Assembly: GCA_048885765.1 (NCBI GenBank)
Contig: JBHLLI010000003.1
Span: forward strand, 2,565 to 66,564
From: Candidatus Hermodarchaeota archaeon
Lineage (GTDB): Archaea > Asgardarchaeota > Lokiarchaeia > Sigyniarchaeales > SOKP01
Length of the DNA stretch: 64,000 nucleotides
Direction of reading: 5' to 3'
Shown here: positions 1 through 8,996 of the stretch, piece by piece
Layout of the letters: each line of letters begins with the position of its first letter
Position numbering within the stretch: the first letter of the stretch is position 1
Program-made: the position numbers and the translations under genes
Notes under the pieces: model-generated
Seen by the model: the letters and a program-made list of their open reading frames with translations, nothing else
Databases searched by the model: none
What the model was told of the DNA's origin: nothing

Positions 1-125
1 CCAGGTTCACGTTGACAAAAAGGCAAACTTTTTGAAGTAGAATGAAAATTTTTGCATTCCTCGCAATTACCATGATTTGAACATCCTGTTTTAGGGCATG
101 GGCAATTAAAACTAATGAGTATCAC
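1..125 (-). CDS. Small Cys-rich (Zn/Fe-binding) protein, partial, runs off the window start
   Basis: Manual translation from GTG at 125: ILISFNCPCPKTGCSNHGNCEECKNFHSTSKSLPFCQREP, open to the edge. GAGGTGA SD-like site overlaps the start. Not in the ORF track. Confidence 0.7.
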   Translation of the reverse strand, partial: MILISFNCPCPKTGCSNHGNCEECKNFHSTSKSLPFCQREP

Positions 126-407
126 CTCATGTTTTTTTAATTTAAGGATATAAAGCCACTAGATATAATTCTAAGTTCAGATGAGAGCAAAAGAATTAAT
201 CCATTTCAATACAAAGTTTTGCTAATTTTTCAACTATTTGGTTGATAAATGATCTATCAAATCTGTAATTTTTTCGCTTCATAATTGAAAATTATCTTTA
301 TACTATGGATTATCATTTTCATTTTGTTCAATTTTCAGCATACATGGAAATATATGAGGAATATGAAGTCTGATAAATTAAATCAAAATGAAATGAGGTG
401 AAAAGTA

Positions 408-734
408 TTGGAAATAAAAAAAAACTCAATAAAAAGCATATCTAGAAAGATAATAAAATCATTATTATTCCTAATCTATACAATCTTCGTAGTGTCTTTA
501 ATAGCAGGTGGAATGTCTACAGGAATTATGACCTTAATTCCAGATGATGCAAGTAAACCATGTTATTTAGGGTATTATGCGCACTGCTCATTTACTCCCT
601 ATAGCACACTGATATTATTCGTAATGGCTATAATTGGTACAATTTTGTTTTTAAAACTCATAAAATATGTTAGAAGGAGATACAAAAAATTTTTTGAAGC
701 AGAACTAAATATAAGAACTCATATAAATAGATAA
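408..734 (+). CDS. Small membrane protein, two TM helices flanking a KPCYLGYYAHCSFTP loop
   Basis: Two hydrophobic stretches with a Cys/His loop between them; GAGGTG SD-like site about 8 nt upstream. Confidence 0.7.
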   Translation: MEIKKNSIKSISRKIIKSLLFLIYTIFVVSLIAGGMSTGIMTLIPDDASKPCYLGYYAHCSFTPYSTLILFVMAIIGTILFLKLIKYVRRRYKKFFEAELNIRTHINR

Positions 735-798
735 AAGTTAAAAAAAATTTTTATTATTTCTTTTTATTAAATTTTCATCTGAACTTTTCAATTCTACC

Positions 799-1908
799 TT
801 AATTACTATCTTCTCTTCTTTTTTCTTGAAGTGTTGCTTTTCTTTTAGCAATAGCTTGATACAATTCTGCAAAATTTTCAGGTGGAATAGATTCTAATTT
901 TTTTTTTATCAATTTACGTGCATTTTCGGGACAAGTAGGGATACAAACTCCACAACCTATGCAGTATCCTAGATTAACTTCACTAATACCATCATCGTTA
1001 ATCTTATTTGCATCCATATGACAACTAGCAATGCATTCGGCGCAACCTGAACATATATCTTTGTCAACTTCCACAAAAAAATTAGATTTAATGTATTGAG
1101 CGGGATTTGCATATTTTTTTAGATTACTAAGGACTATACAAGAACATCCGCAACAGGAACATATCATAAATGGCTTCTGTGCGTTACTGGGGCAAAGTAC
1201 CATCCCTTTATCTTGTGTCATCTGTAAGATTTCAAGTGCTTCCTCTTTTGTAATCTCACGTCCTTGTTCAAGAAAAATACGTGGATTAACACCAATTGAA
1301 ATACATGTTTCTATTGGATGATTGCATCCTTCTCCTTGGACTTCTTTTGATTGTCTACATATGCAAGGACATAAATATAATGTTTTCTCAGTATTAGCTA
1401 TAATTGTTTTAATCTCATCGAAATTAGAAACATTATATTCCAAATTAATGCTTTTCTCTATAGGAATAGTTCTAACTTGTAAAATGCCATTCTCTAACAT
1501 TGCAGGTACAAATCCTTCGTCCATATATTGGTCAACATCTTGAGAAAAGTCTTTAGTTAACATATCAATTTGGTAATCATAAAATCCGACCATTAAAAAT
1601 GCAATAGAGTAATAATTTGTTCCATCTCTTCTTCGAATCCAATTGATTGATCCTTTTTTAGCCATCGTTAGAAGAGCGTCAGAAAATTGCTCCAATGTCC
1701 ACCCTTTCTTCTTGAAAGGTCTAAACATTGCTCTCGGTTCTTGAGGAATAATCTTAAGATTTAAAGCTATTTCAGCCTCTTGAGGCGTAAATAGGTGTTT
1801 TAGAATCCTAATTTCTACTCCAGATTCTGTCTCAGGATAGTCTACTGGAAGAGAATCTAGGTATTGCTGAAGCTTACGATAATTTAATTCTTCACTCTCG
1901 GAATTCAT
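799..1908 (-). CDS. Fe-S cluster protein: N-terminal HTH-like region, central Cys cluster, C-terminal 2x[4Fe-4S] ferredoxin domain
   Basis: CPCICR...C...C...CSCCGCSC, then CSGCAECIASC and CIGCGVCIPTCP. Paralogue of 16981..18072. Confidence 0.85.
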   Translation of the reverse strand: MNSESEELNYRKLQQYLDSLPVDYPETESGVEIRILKHLFTPQEAEIALNLKIIPQEPRAMFRPFKKKGWTLEQFSDALLTMAKKGSINWIRRRDGTNYYSIAFLMVGFYDYQIDMLTKDFSQDVDQYMDEGFVPAMLENGILQVRTIPIEKSINLEYNVSNFDEIKTIIANTEKTLYLCPCICRQSKEVQGEGCNHPIETCISIGVNPRIFLEQGREITKEEALEILQMTQDKGMVLCPSNAQKPFMICSCCGCSCIVLSNLKKYANPAQYIKSNFFVEVDKDICSGCAECIASCHMDANKINDDGISEVNLGYCIGCGVCIPTCPENARKLIKKKLESIPPENFAELYQAIAKRKATLQEKRREDSN

Positions 1909-2221
1909 AAGGATTATTTATTTTTTATTTTATAAAAATTCATTACTCAGATTTTTAAAATTCTAGAGAAAAAAATTCTTTTACATTAAGTTCATTTTCT
2001 AATGAATATTTTCCCATTTTTTTCCCCTAATTAATTAAATCGAAGTAGAATTTGTATAAGTTTTTCGTGAAAAATATTGATAATTTTCAATTTACCCAAT
2101 AGATTTAAATATCCAACTTTCGTATATAAGCATATCACGTATATTAAATTTTTATTAAAGATTTAATAACTGTGAAGTCTGTAGCCAGCGCTTTTTAGCA
2201 ACTTATTACTTGTGAATAACC

Positions 2222-3148
2222 ATGAATGAGCAATATCGCACTTTTTTGAAAAATAATAAAATCGATGAAAATACCCTCCCTCAAACAATTTGTTGTGATA
2301 ATCCGTTCATAGAATCACGCGATGGAAATAAAGTATGTTTAAATTGCGGGATAATATTTGAAAGGACATTTGTGGGTAATGAGCGACGAGCATATACCAT
2401 AGAAGAGATACAGAACCGGCGAAGGACCGAACCACGGTGGCGGGACTTTGGTCCAAGAACTATGCTCCCTTCAACTAAAACTGATAGTAAAGGTAAAAGT
2501 ATTGGTGCTAAAGAACAAGCTCTTTTTTCTCGTCTTTCAAAAATTCAAAACTCATTAATTTCTAGTATTGAAAGAAACTTTTGGGAAGCAAAACCAAAGT
2601 TAAAAATGCTTACCTCAAAACTCAATGTACCTGAATATATAGCAGAAACTGCTTGGAAGATATATAGCTTAGTAGCAAAAAAGAAATTAACAATGGGTAG
2701 GTCTATTAATGGATTTATTTCCGGATCGCTTTATGCAGCTATTCGTGTGCATGATTTTCCAAGACTTCTAGATGAAATTTGTGAAGCCTCCCTCACTCCA
2801 AGGAGGACAGTCCATAGAAGCCTAGCGATGATAATCCGTGAAGTATTACCTGAACTTAAATTAAGATATCAGCCAATCACAGCTGAAAGCCTTGTATTTC
2901 GTTTTGGAAATGAATTAGACTTACCGATATCAATACAAAAAAATGCTATAAATATGTTGAAAGATGCTTCAAAAAATGGCTTAAAAAGAACTGGAAAAGA
3001 TCCAAAAGGTTTAGCTGCTGCATGTATTTATATTGCAGCAAAAAACGGAGCGATTCGAAAAACTCAGTCTAAGGTCGCTGATGTTGCGAAGATTACTGAG
3101 GTTACATTGAGAAGTCGTGCCAAACAGATAAAAAGTAAACTAATTTAG
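2222..3148 (+). CDS. tfb: Transcription initiation factor IIB (TFB) family
   Basis: Zn ribbon (CC...CLNCG), ERRAY B-reader-like motif, two cyclin repeats, GKDPKGLAAACIY and TQSKVADVAKITEVTLR. Confidence 0.93.
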   Translation: MNEQYRTFLKNNKIDENTLPQTICCDNPFIESRDGNKVCLNCGIIFERTFVGNERRAYTIEEIQNRRRTEPRWRDFGPRTMLPSTKTDSKGKSIGAKEQALFSRLSKIQNSLISSIERNFWEAKPKLKMLTSKLNVPEYIAETAWKIYSLVAKKKLTMGRSINGFISGSLYAAIRVHDFPRLLDEICEASLTPRRTVHRSLAMIIREVLPELKLRYQPITAESLVFRFGNELDLPISIQKNAINMLKDASKNGLKRTGKDPKGLAAACIYIAAKNGAIRKTQSKVADVAKITEVTLRSRAKQIKSKLI

Positions 3149-3277
3149 AAGATACAGTTATTTAGGATAATTTAACCTAACTTTTTTATTTTTCTAAAAT
3201 TTTAATGAAATAAATACTGATTTAAATAATTAATTCTATTGTATATTATAAGATCATAGCTATTAAGGTTCATTTAT

Positions 3278-4177
3278 TTATGAAGTCAGTATATCTAATA
3301 TTTCTTCTATGTGATTAATTGCTGTGGATACATGAGCTTCATTTGGATAAAATTTACTGACACAGTTAGGGATGGCTTCGCATAACAATCGCCCCATTCT
3401 AACGGGAACACTATTATCTAATTCACCATGCCAAAGAAACACTTTTAAACTTTGTGGGATCTCATTTAGGTTAAATCCCCAATCTGAACTTAGTAGTTTG
3501 ATATCATGAACAACTCCATTAACTCCTTGTCGAAAAGGTTCCGCCATTAACTCAACATACAATCGCATTCGGTTAGGATCTAACATGATTTTTTTATCTG
3601 GTTCAGGTAAATTTTTAGATCTTTTTTGAAAAGTTTTTTCAAGTTCTTCTAGTGTTTCTTCTTTCATTTTCAAAATTTGCTTGTGTATTATCTTATAAAA
3701 CTTGGTCAAGAGTCCAGGCTTATTTTTTGCTAATTTAAGTTCTTTTTGCTTTCCTTTAACCATCCCCTCTAAACCTAAGTTAACTGGACCAAGTCCAGAA
3801 ACAATACCACAATAAGTCAAACGCTCAGCTATCTTAAGAGCACATGCCAAAGCATATGGACATCCACCTGATCCTCCTAATACAGCAAATTTTGTGATCT
3901 TTAATTTGTTTGCTAATTCAATAACATCATCAGGCCAGTCTAGAATTGTTCTATTCTCTTTAAAGTCTGATAATCCTCGTCCAGGACGGTCTATTGATAT
4001 AAGGCGAACTTTAAACTGCTTTACATCAAAACCATACATTTTAGGTTCAAGACGAGAGGATCCATGACCATGAAAATAAAATATTGGTTTACCTTCAGTA
4101 ATACCAAATTCTGCATACCCTAACTTGCGATTGTCTTTTAAAGTTATAGTTTGATTATATTTCTCATTATTTTTCAT
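3278..4177 (-). CDS. Alpha/beta hydrolase
   Basis: FHGHGSSR, DRPGRGLSD, GGSGG nucleophile elbow, WHGELD, EAH catalytic His. Confidence 0.9.
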   Translation of the reverse strand: MKNNEKYNQTITLKDNRKLGYAEFGITEGKPIFYFHGHGSSRLEPKMYGFDVKQFKVRLISIDRPGRGLSDFKENRTILDWPDDVIELANKLKITKFAVLGGSGGCPYALACALKIAERLTYCGIVSGLGPVNLGLEGMVKGKQKELKLAKNKPGLLTKFYKIIHKQILKMKEETLEELEKTFQKRSKNLPEPDKKIMLDPNRMRLYVELMAEPFRQGVNGVVHDIKLLSSDWGFNLNEIPQSLKVFLWHGELDNSVPVRMGRLLCEAIPNCVSKFYPNEAHVSTAINHIEEILDILTS

Positions 4178-4260
4178 AATCTTGTTGGATTATAGTGAGA
4201 TAATATTTAAAATTTATAACAAATTCCCTTACTTCTATAAAACAATATATTTTTTGTATA

Positions 4261-4830
4261 TTATTCTTTTTTTTCAGCTTCTTCTTGTTGTAGAGACCAT
4301 TTTATACCAACTGCGGTAATACATAATCCAAGAATTAGGAAAAATGTATTTACAGATTGAAAGAAGATCCAAAACAAAGCTGTAGCATAAGAGGTGATAG
4401 TTGGGCTATAAAGAGCAGATTGAAATCGAATAGTGGTAAATTGTGTAGTAATATTTGTTTTTCCTAATAATACAAAAAAATCCATTTTAACAAAAGCAGC
4501 TAACAGACCAACCATTCCGATGATAATTATAAGCTTAGATAAGGGAGTACTTTCAATATTCTTTTTTGAGGAGATTCTAAACATGAAAAACCCTAATATT
4601 AAGAAACAAACCATCGAAATAATTAAAAATAACCATAATAATGTTCCTGAAAATGGAAATATTGTCGAGGAATAAACAAATTCGGCTAATAATATAGTAT
4701 TTCCATCTAGGATAAACGGAGTGAAATTCAGTAATACAATATATCCTAATTCGACTAACGAAATAATAATAAATATAGAACCTACAATTTCAAGAAAATT
4801 AAGAATTTTTTCATATATCATAATTAACAC
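4261..4830 (-). CDS. Hypothetical membrane protein (about 4 TM)
   Basis: Four hydrophobic segments; fills the space between neighbouring genes. Confidence 0.7.
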   Translation of the reverse strand: MLIMIYEKILNFLEIVGSIFIIISLVELGYIVLLNFTPFILDGNTILLAEFVYSSTIFPFSGTLLWLFLIISMVCFLILGFFMFRISSKKNIESTPLSKLIIIIGMVGLLAAFVKMDFFVLLGKTNITTQFTTIRFQSALYSPTITSYATALFWIFFQSVNTFFLILGLCITAVGIKWSLQQEEAEKKE

Positions 4831-4971
4831 GTTGAAATATTTTAAAAAAGCAAGAAAATTTTTTATGCAATAAACTTATTATTGTTTTTGAAATTAATAA
4901 AAATTTTTAATATTATTGGTTTTTTAATCACTTTTATCTATTAATAATTAATCCAATATACTGGTTTTATT

Positions 4972-5937
4972 TTGAAAAAAACGAAAAGAACTGAGTCGGA
5001 GATTTCTAAGTGTTCCCATAAAAATGTCAAACAAGATAGTGGTTTTATTGTATGTCAAGATTGCGGATTGATCATGGAAGAAAATGTGGCATTTGAAAAT
5101 TCCGTGTCAACTAGTGAATATTTTAATGATACACAAAGAGATTACGAGCGAAGAATTAGGATAAGTGATTCAAAAGCTCTCCAAGATCCTATTATAAAGG
5201 AGAAATATGAAAGGATCAAAACTCTTGAAAAATGGTTTAGAGATTATGAATCTGATTTTACAGAACAAAAAAAGACTATAGAACTACTGAAGAGCCATAG
5301 AATTGGTTTAAACATTGATAACGTGAAATACAAAGAAATTAAAGACAGATATCTTAAATACAATAAGTATCATCGTCATAATTATCAAAACATGGTAATA
5401 ATTTTTCTTGCGATTGTATGGATGGAAATAAAGGATACTACAAATATTAGATTAGAACAATTCATTAATGTTTCAAGTCAATTAGGACACAAAATCAATA
5501 AAAAGATGTTAAACAATGCGATGCTAAAAATTAAACGGACTGAAAAGATCTTTAAGGAAAAAAAAGGTATTAAGGAATTAGAAAAAGAAATTAAGGATAA
5601 AATCAAAATTGTCTTTCAAAAAGATATAAATAATATTCCATTCAACAAAGTTCAAGAGCATTTCAAAAACCAAGTAGAATTTGAAAAAGTCAAAATTGAA
5701 ATGCAACTATTAGTTGATAAAATATTAAACAAAATAACTTATAGTCAGATCCAAAGTTCCAATTATAAGGCTTTTACTGCGGGATTAATTTATTATGTTG
5801 GACAGACTCTTGATAATAGAAAAATCTTTACTCAAAGTTTAGTAGAAAGTACTAGTAGATTTTCAAGTACTACCATTAGAAAGAAATATCACGTTCTAAA
5901 AGAGATATTGGGAAATCCCCAAAATCTTAATCTCTGA
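4972..5937 (+). CDS. Divergent TFB/TFIIB-like protein (Zn ribbon plus cyclin-fold repeats)
   Basis: CSH...VCQDCG Zn ribbon. C-terminal FTAGLIYY...FTQSLVESTSRFSSTTIRKKY parallels the TFB recognition helix. Confidence 0.7.
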   Translation: MKKTKRTESEISKCSHKNVKQDSGFIVCQDCGLIMEENVAFENSVSTSEYFNDTQRDYERRIRISDSKALQDPIIKEKYERIKTLEKWFRDYESDFTEQKKTIELLKSHRIGLNIDNVKYKEIKDRYLKYNKYHRHNYQNMVIIFLAIVWMEIKDTTNIRLEQFINVSSQLGHKINKKMLNNAMLKIKRTEKIFKEKKGIKELEKEIKDKIKIVFQKDINNIPFNKVQEHFKNQVEFEKVKIEMQLLVDKILNKITYSQIQSSNYKAFTAGLIYYVGQTLDNRKIFTQSLVESTSRFSSTTIRKKYHVLKEILGNPQNLNL

Positions 5938-5992
5938 TTTTTGGAGCTATATTAAATAATATTTATTTAGAATCATAGTTTAAATAAATAAA

Positions 5993-8872
5993 ATGTCATT
6001 ATCTCTTAAACAAAATGAAGTTAATTATTATAATCAACCAATAGAGGAAATTCTAAAGGATTTAAATACAAATATTGAAACTGGATTAAATTCCTCTGAA
6101 TTGAGTGAGCGGTATCAGATTGCAGGTTATAATGAATTACCAAAAATTAAAAAATCTATCTGGAGGATATATCTTGCTCCAATTTTTAATTTTTTGATTG
6201 TAATTCTCTTAGTTTCTAGTGTCATAATTGTAATATTAGGTTCTCCTGGTGAAACAGTTATCACATTTACAGTTGTAATAATTAACTCAATTACTGCTAT
6301 AATTCAACAACACCGTGCTCAGAAGGCCTTAGAATCTTTAAGAGAGATATCTGCTTTAAAGTCAACTGTTTTAAGAGATGGAAAGCGGATTGAAATCAGT
6401 ACAAAAGATATTGTTCCAGGAGATATAGTTATTTTAAATCAAGGAGATAAAATCCCTGCTGATGGTAGAATAATAGAGTTTACGAATTTTAGTGTTGATG
6501 AGGCGCCCCTAACTGGAGAAAGTGAACCCGTTGAAAAAGATAGTTCTATTTTAGAAAGTGTAAATATACCTCTTCAAAATCAATCTAATATGGTATTTAT
6601 GGGAACATTTGTACGAACGGGTAAAGCCAAAGAATTAGTAACGGGAACAGGCATAAAAACAGAAATTGGTAAAATCTCTCAGACTCTAAATGAAATGGGT
6701 AGTATTGAAGATATTCCTTTAACAAGAAAACTGAATCATTTAGGACATATACTTGGAATTCTTGTATTAATCAATCTTGTCATTTTGTTAGGATCTAAAC
6801 TCATAATACTAGCAATTCAAGGAAATTTGTTTCAAAATTTTATTATTGAGGCGATTACGGATTCAGTAATAAGATCAATGAACATTGTGCCTATAAATCT
6901 TCCATTGCTTTCCACATTAGTTCTTATTACAGGCGTTTTAACCATGGCTCATAGTGGAGTTATAATTAAAAATTTATCAGCAATCGAATCTTTAGGGCGA
7001 GTTTCAGTAATTTGTTCAGATAAGACAGGGACAATTACTAAAAATGAGATGACCGTTGAAAAATTTTGGATAAATGAACAAGAATATGAGGTTACTGGAT
7101 CTGGATACAATGCTGATGGGCAAATTTTCGAAAATCATACACCAATAGACTTAAGTTCCAATGCAACATTTATGAAATTCCTTAATTCTATTGTAATAAA
7201 TAATAATGCGATTTTAGAATTTGAAGATGTTAGGGTTAAGTTAAAAGATGTTAAAGAAAAAGCGATAAGAAGAGCTATAGGATCACCCACAGAAGCAGCT
7301 TTGTTAGTACTGACTGAAAAAGCCGGCTTGTATACTTATGACATTGAAAAACAATTTACAAAGTTTGAGGAATTTTCTTTCAGTTCAGAAGAAAAAATAA
7401 TGACAACTATAAGTAAGAATAAAAGAGATAATGATGAAGTTTTAGCATTTTCAAAAGGCGCACCTGAAAAAGTTCTCTCACTATCTTCACAAATTGAGAT
7501 TAACGGGGAATTGAAAGATTTAGATTTACTTTATAAGAATTCAATTCTTGAAATGATCAATAAGCATGCAGAACAAGGATTTAGGACATTAGGAATTGCT
7601 TATCGAATACTAAATAAAATAAATGGATTAAAGAGAGAGGAGGTTGAAAAAGACTTAATTTTTCTTGGTTTTGTGTCTATTATGGATCCTCCACGTCCAG
7701 GTGTTAAAAAAGCTGTTGAAGAGTGCCAAAAAGGAGGTATAAAAGTAGTTATGGTGACTGGAGATCATCCTGCAACAGCAAAAACCATTGCTTCACAAAT
7801 GGGTATTTTTAAAGAAGGAGATATAGTGACAATGGGAAATCAAATAGAAAATAAACCCTTAAAAGAATTTAATAATACATCGGTGTTTGCTAGAGTTGAA
7901 CCTAATGATAAAGAAATAATAGTGGAAAATTATCAAAAACAAGGATTTATATGTGCTATGACAGGTGATGGGATCAATGATGCCCCCGCTCTGAAGTTAG
8001 CAAACGCAGGAGTTGCGATGGGTATTACGGGAACTGATTTAGCTAAAGAAACTTCTGATATGGTAATTACCGATGATAATTTTTCTTCAATCAAGCAAGG
8101 TGTTAAGACTGGACGGGGAATCTTTGCTAAAATAAGGACCATTATATTCTTTTTTATATGTACCAATATTGTTGAAGGAATCGTCTTTTTCACTTTCGAA
8201 TTTTTGGAACCTTTCACTGGATTCGAACTTTTTGCATCAAATTGGCAACACATTTACATTTTTGGTATAGTTCATTCTCTTCCTTCTTTAGCACTAGTAA
8301 TTGATACACCTCCGAAAGATATAATGAACGAACCGCCCAGAGATGAAGAGCAACTTTTAAATAAGAATTTATGGATTATGTTATTAATTCAAACTTTTCT
8401 ATTTGGATTAGGATTAATATTAGCACTCCAATTAACGTTAGGTGAGATAATTCCCTTAAATCAATGGAATTTGAATCCAAATTTAAGTTATCTCGTGCCA
8501 TTTAGTACTCATTCTGAGTTAGTAGCGGGGAAAGCCAGAACTATGTTTATCACAACAATATTCATCGTAGAAGCTAATTTTATCTGGACCTTTAGGAGAC
8601 CAAATAAATCTCTCTATAGAACGTTTAAAGAAGAATTAAGTTATTCCCTATTGGTAGTATGTTTATTTACCATGGCGTTACATGTATTATATATTTTATT
8701 CTCCTATGCGGTTAATCATTATGTCAATGTCGAATTTGGATTAAATTTACAGATAAATTTCATGTTTCTAAGTGGAACAGATTGGCTAATATGCATTTTG
8801 CTCGCATTACCGGGGTTTGTAGGCGTTGAAATATTTAAATATTATGCGCGAAAAAGAAAAATACATTTTTAA
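5993..8872 (+). CDS. P-type ATPase, P2A-like scaffold with atypical transport site
   Basis: LTGES, CSDKTGT, KGAPE, MDPPR, TGDH, TGDGINDAPAL; about 10 TM; M4 reads VPINLP instead of PEGLP. Confidence 0.95.
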   Translation: MSLSLKQNEVNYYNQPIEEILKDLNTNIETGLNSSELSERYQIAGYNELPKIKKSIWRIYLAPIFNFLIVILLVSSVIIVILGSPGETVITFTVVIINSITAIIQQHRAQKALESLREISALKSTVLRDGKRIEISTKDIVPGDIVILNQGDKIPADGRIIEFTNFSVDEAPLTGESEPVEKDSSILESVNIPLQNQSNMVFMGTFVRTGKAKELVTGTGIKTEIGKISQTLNEMGSIEDIPLTRKLNHLGHILGILVLINLVILLGSKLIILAIQGNLFQNFIIEAITDSVIRSMNIVPINLPLLSTLVLITGVLTMAHSGVIIKNLSAIESLGRVSVICSDKTGTITKNEMTVEKFWINEQEYEVTGSGYNADGQIFENHTPIDLSSNATFMKFLNSIVINNNAILEFEDVRVKLKDVKEKAIRRAIGSPTEAALLVLTEKAGLYTYDIEKQFTKFEEFSFSSEEKIMTTISKNKRDNDEVLAFSKGAPEKVLSLSSQIEINGELKDLDLLYKNSILEMINKHAEQGFRTLGIAYRILNKINGLKREEVEKDLIFLGFVSIMDPPRPGVKKAVEECQKGGIKVVMVTGDHPATAKTIASQMGIFKEGDIVTMGNQIENKPLKEFNNTSVFARVEPNDKEIIVENYQKQGFICAMTGDGINDAPALKLANAGVAMGITGTDLAKETSDMVITDDNFSSIKQGVKTGRGIFAKIRTIIFFFICTNIVEGIVFFTFEFLEPFTGFELFASNWQHIYIFGIVHSLPSLALVIDTPPKDIMNEPPRDEEQLLNKNLWIMLLIQTFLFGLGLILALQLTLGEIIPLNQWNLNPNLSYLVPFSTHSELVAGKARTMFITTIFIVEANFIWTFRRPNKSLYRTFKEELSYSLLVVCLFTMALHVLYILFSYAVNHYVNVEFGLNLQINFMFLSGTDWLICILLALPGFVGVEIFKYYARKRKIHF

Positions 8873-8996
8873 TTTCCCTTAAATAGAAATATCTAATTTT
8901 TTAAATCATGATTATTATAGGTTATTTATTATATTGATAAGAATTTTGAATTCGATTATTTTTTAATTTTATACTAAAAATTGTGGAAGAACCACT

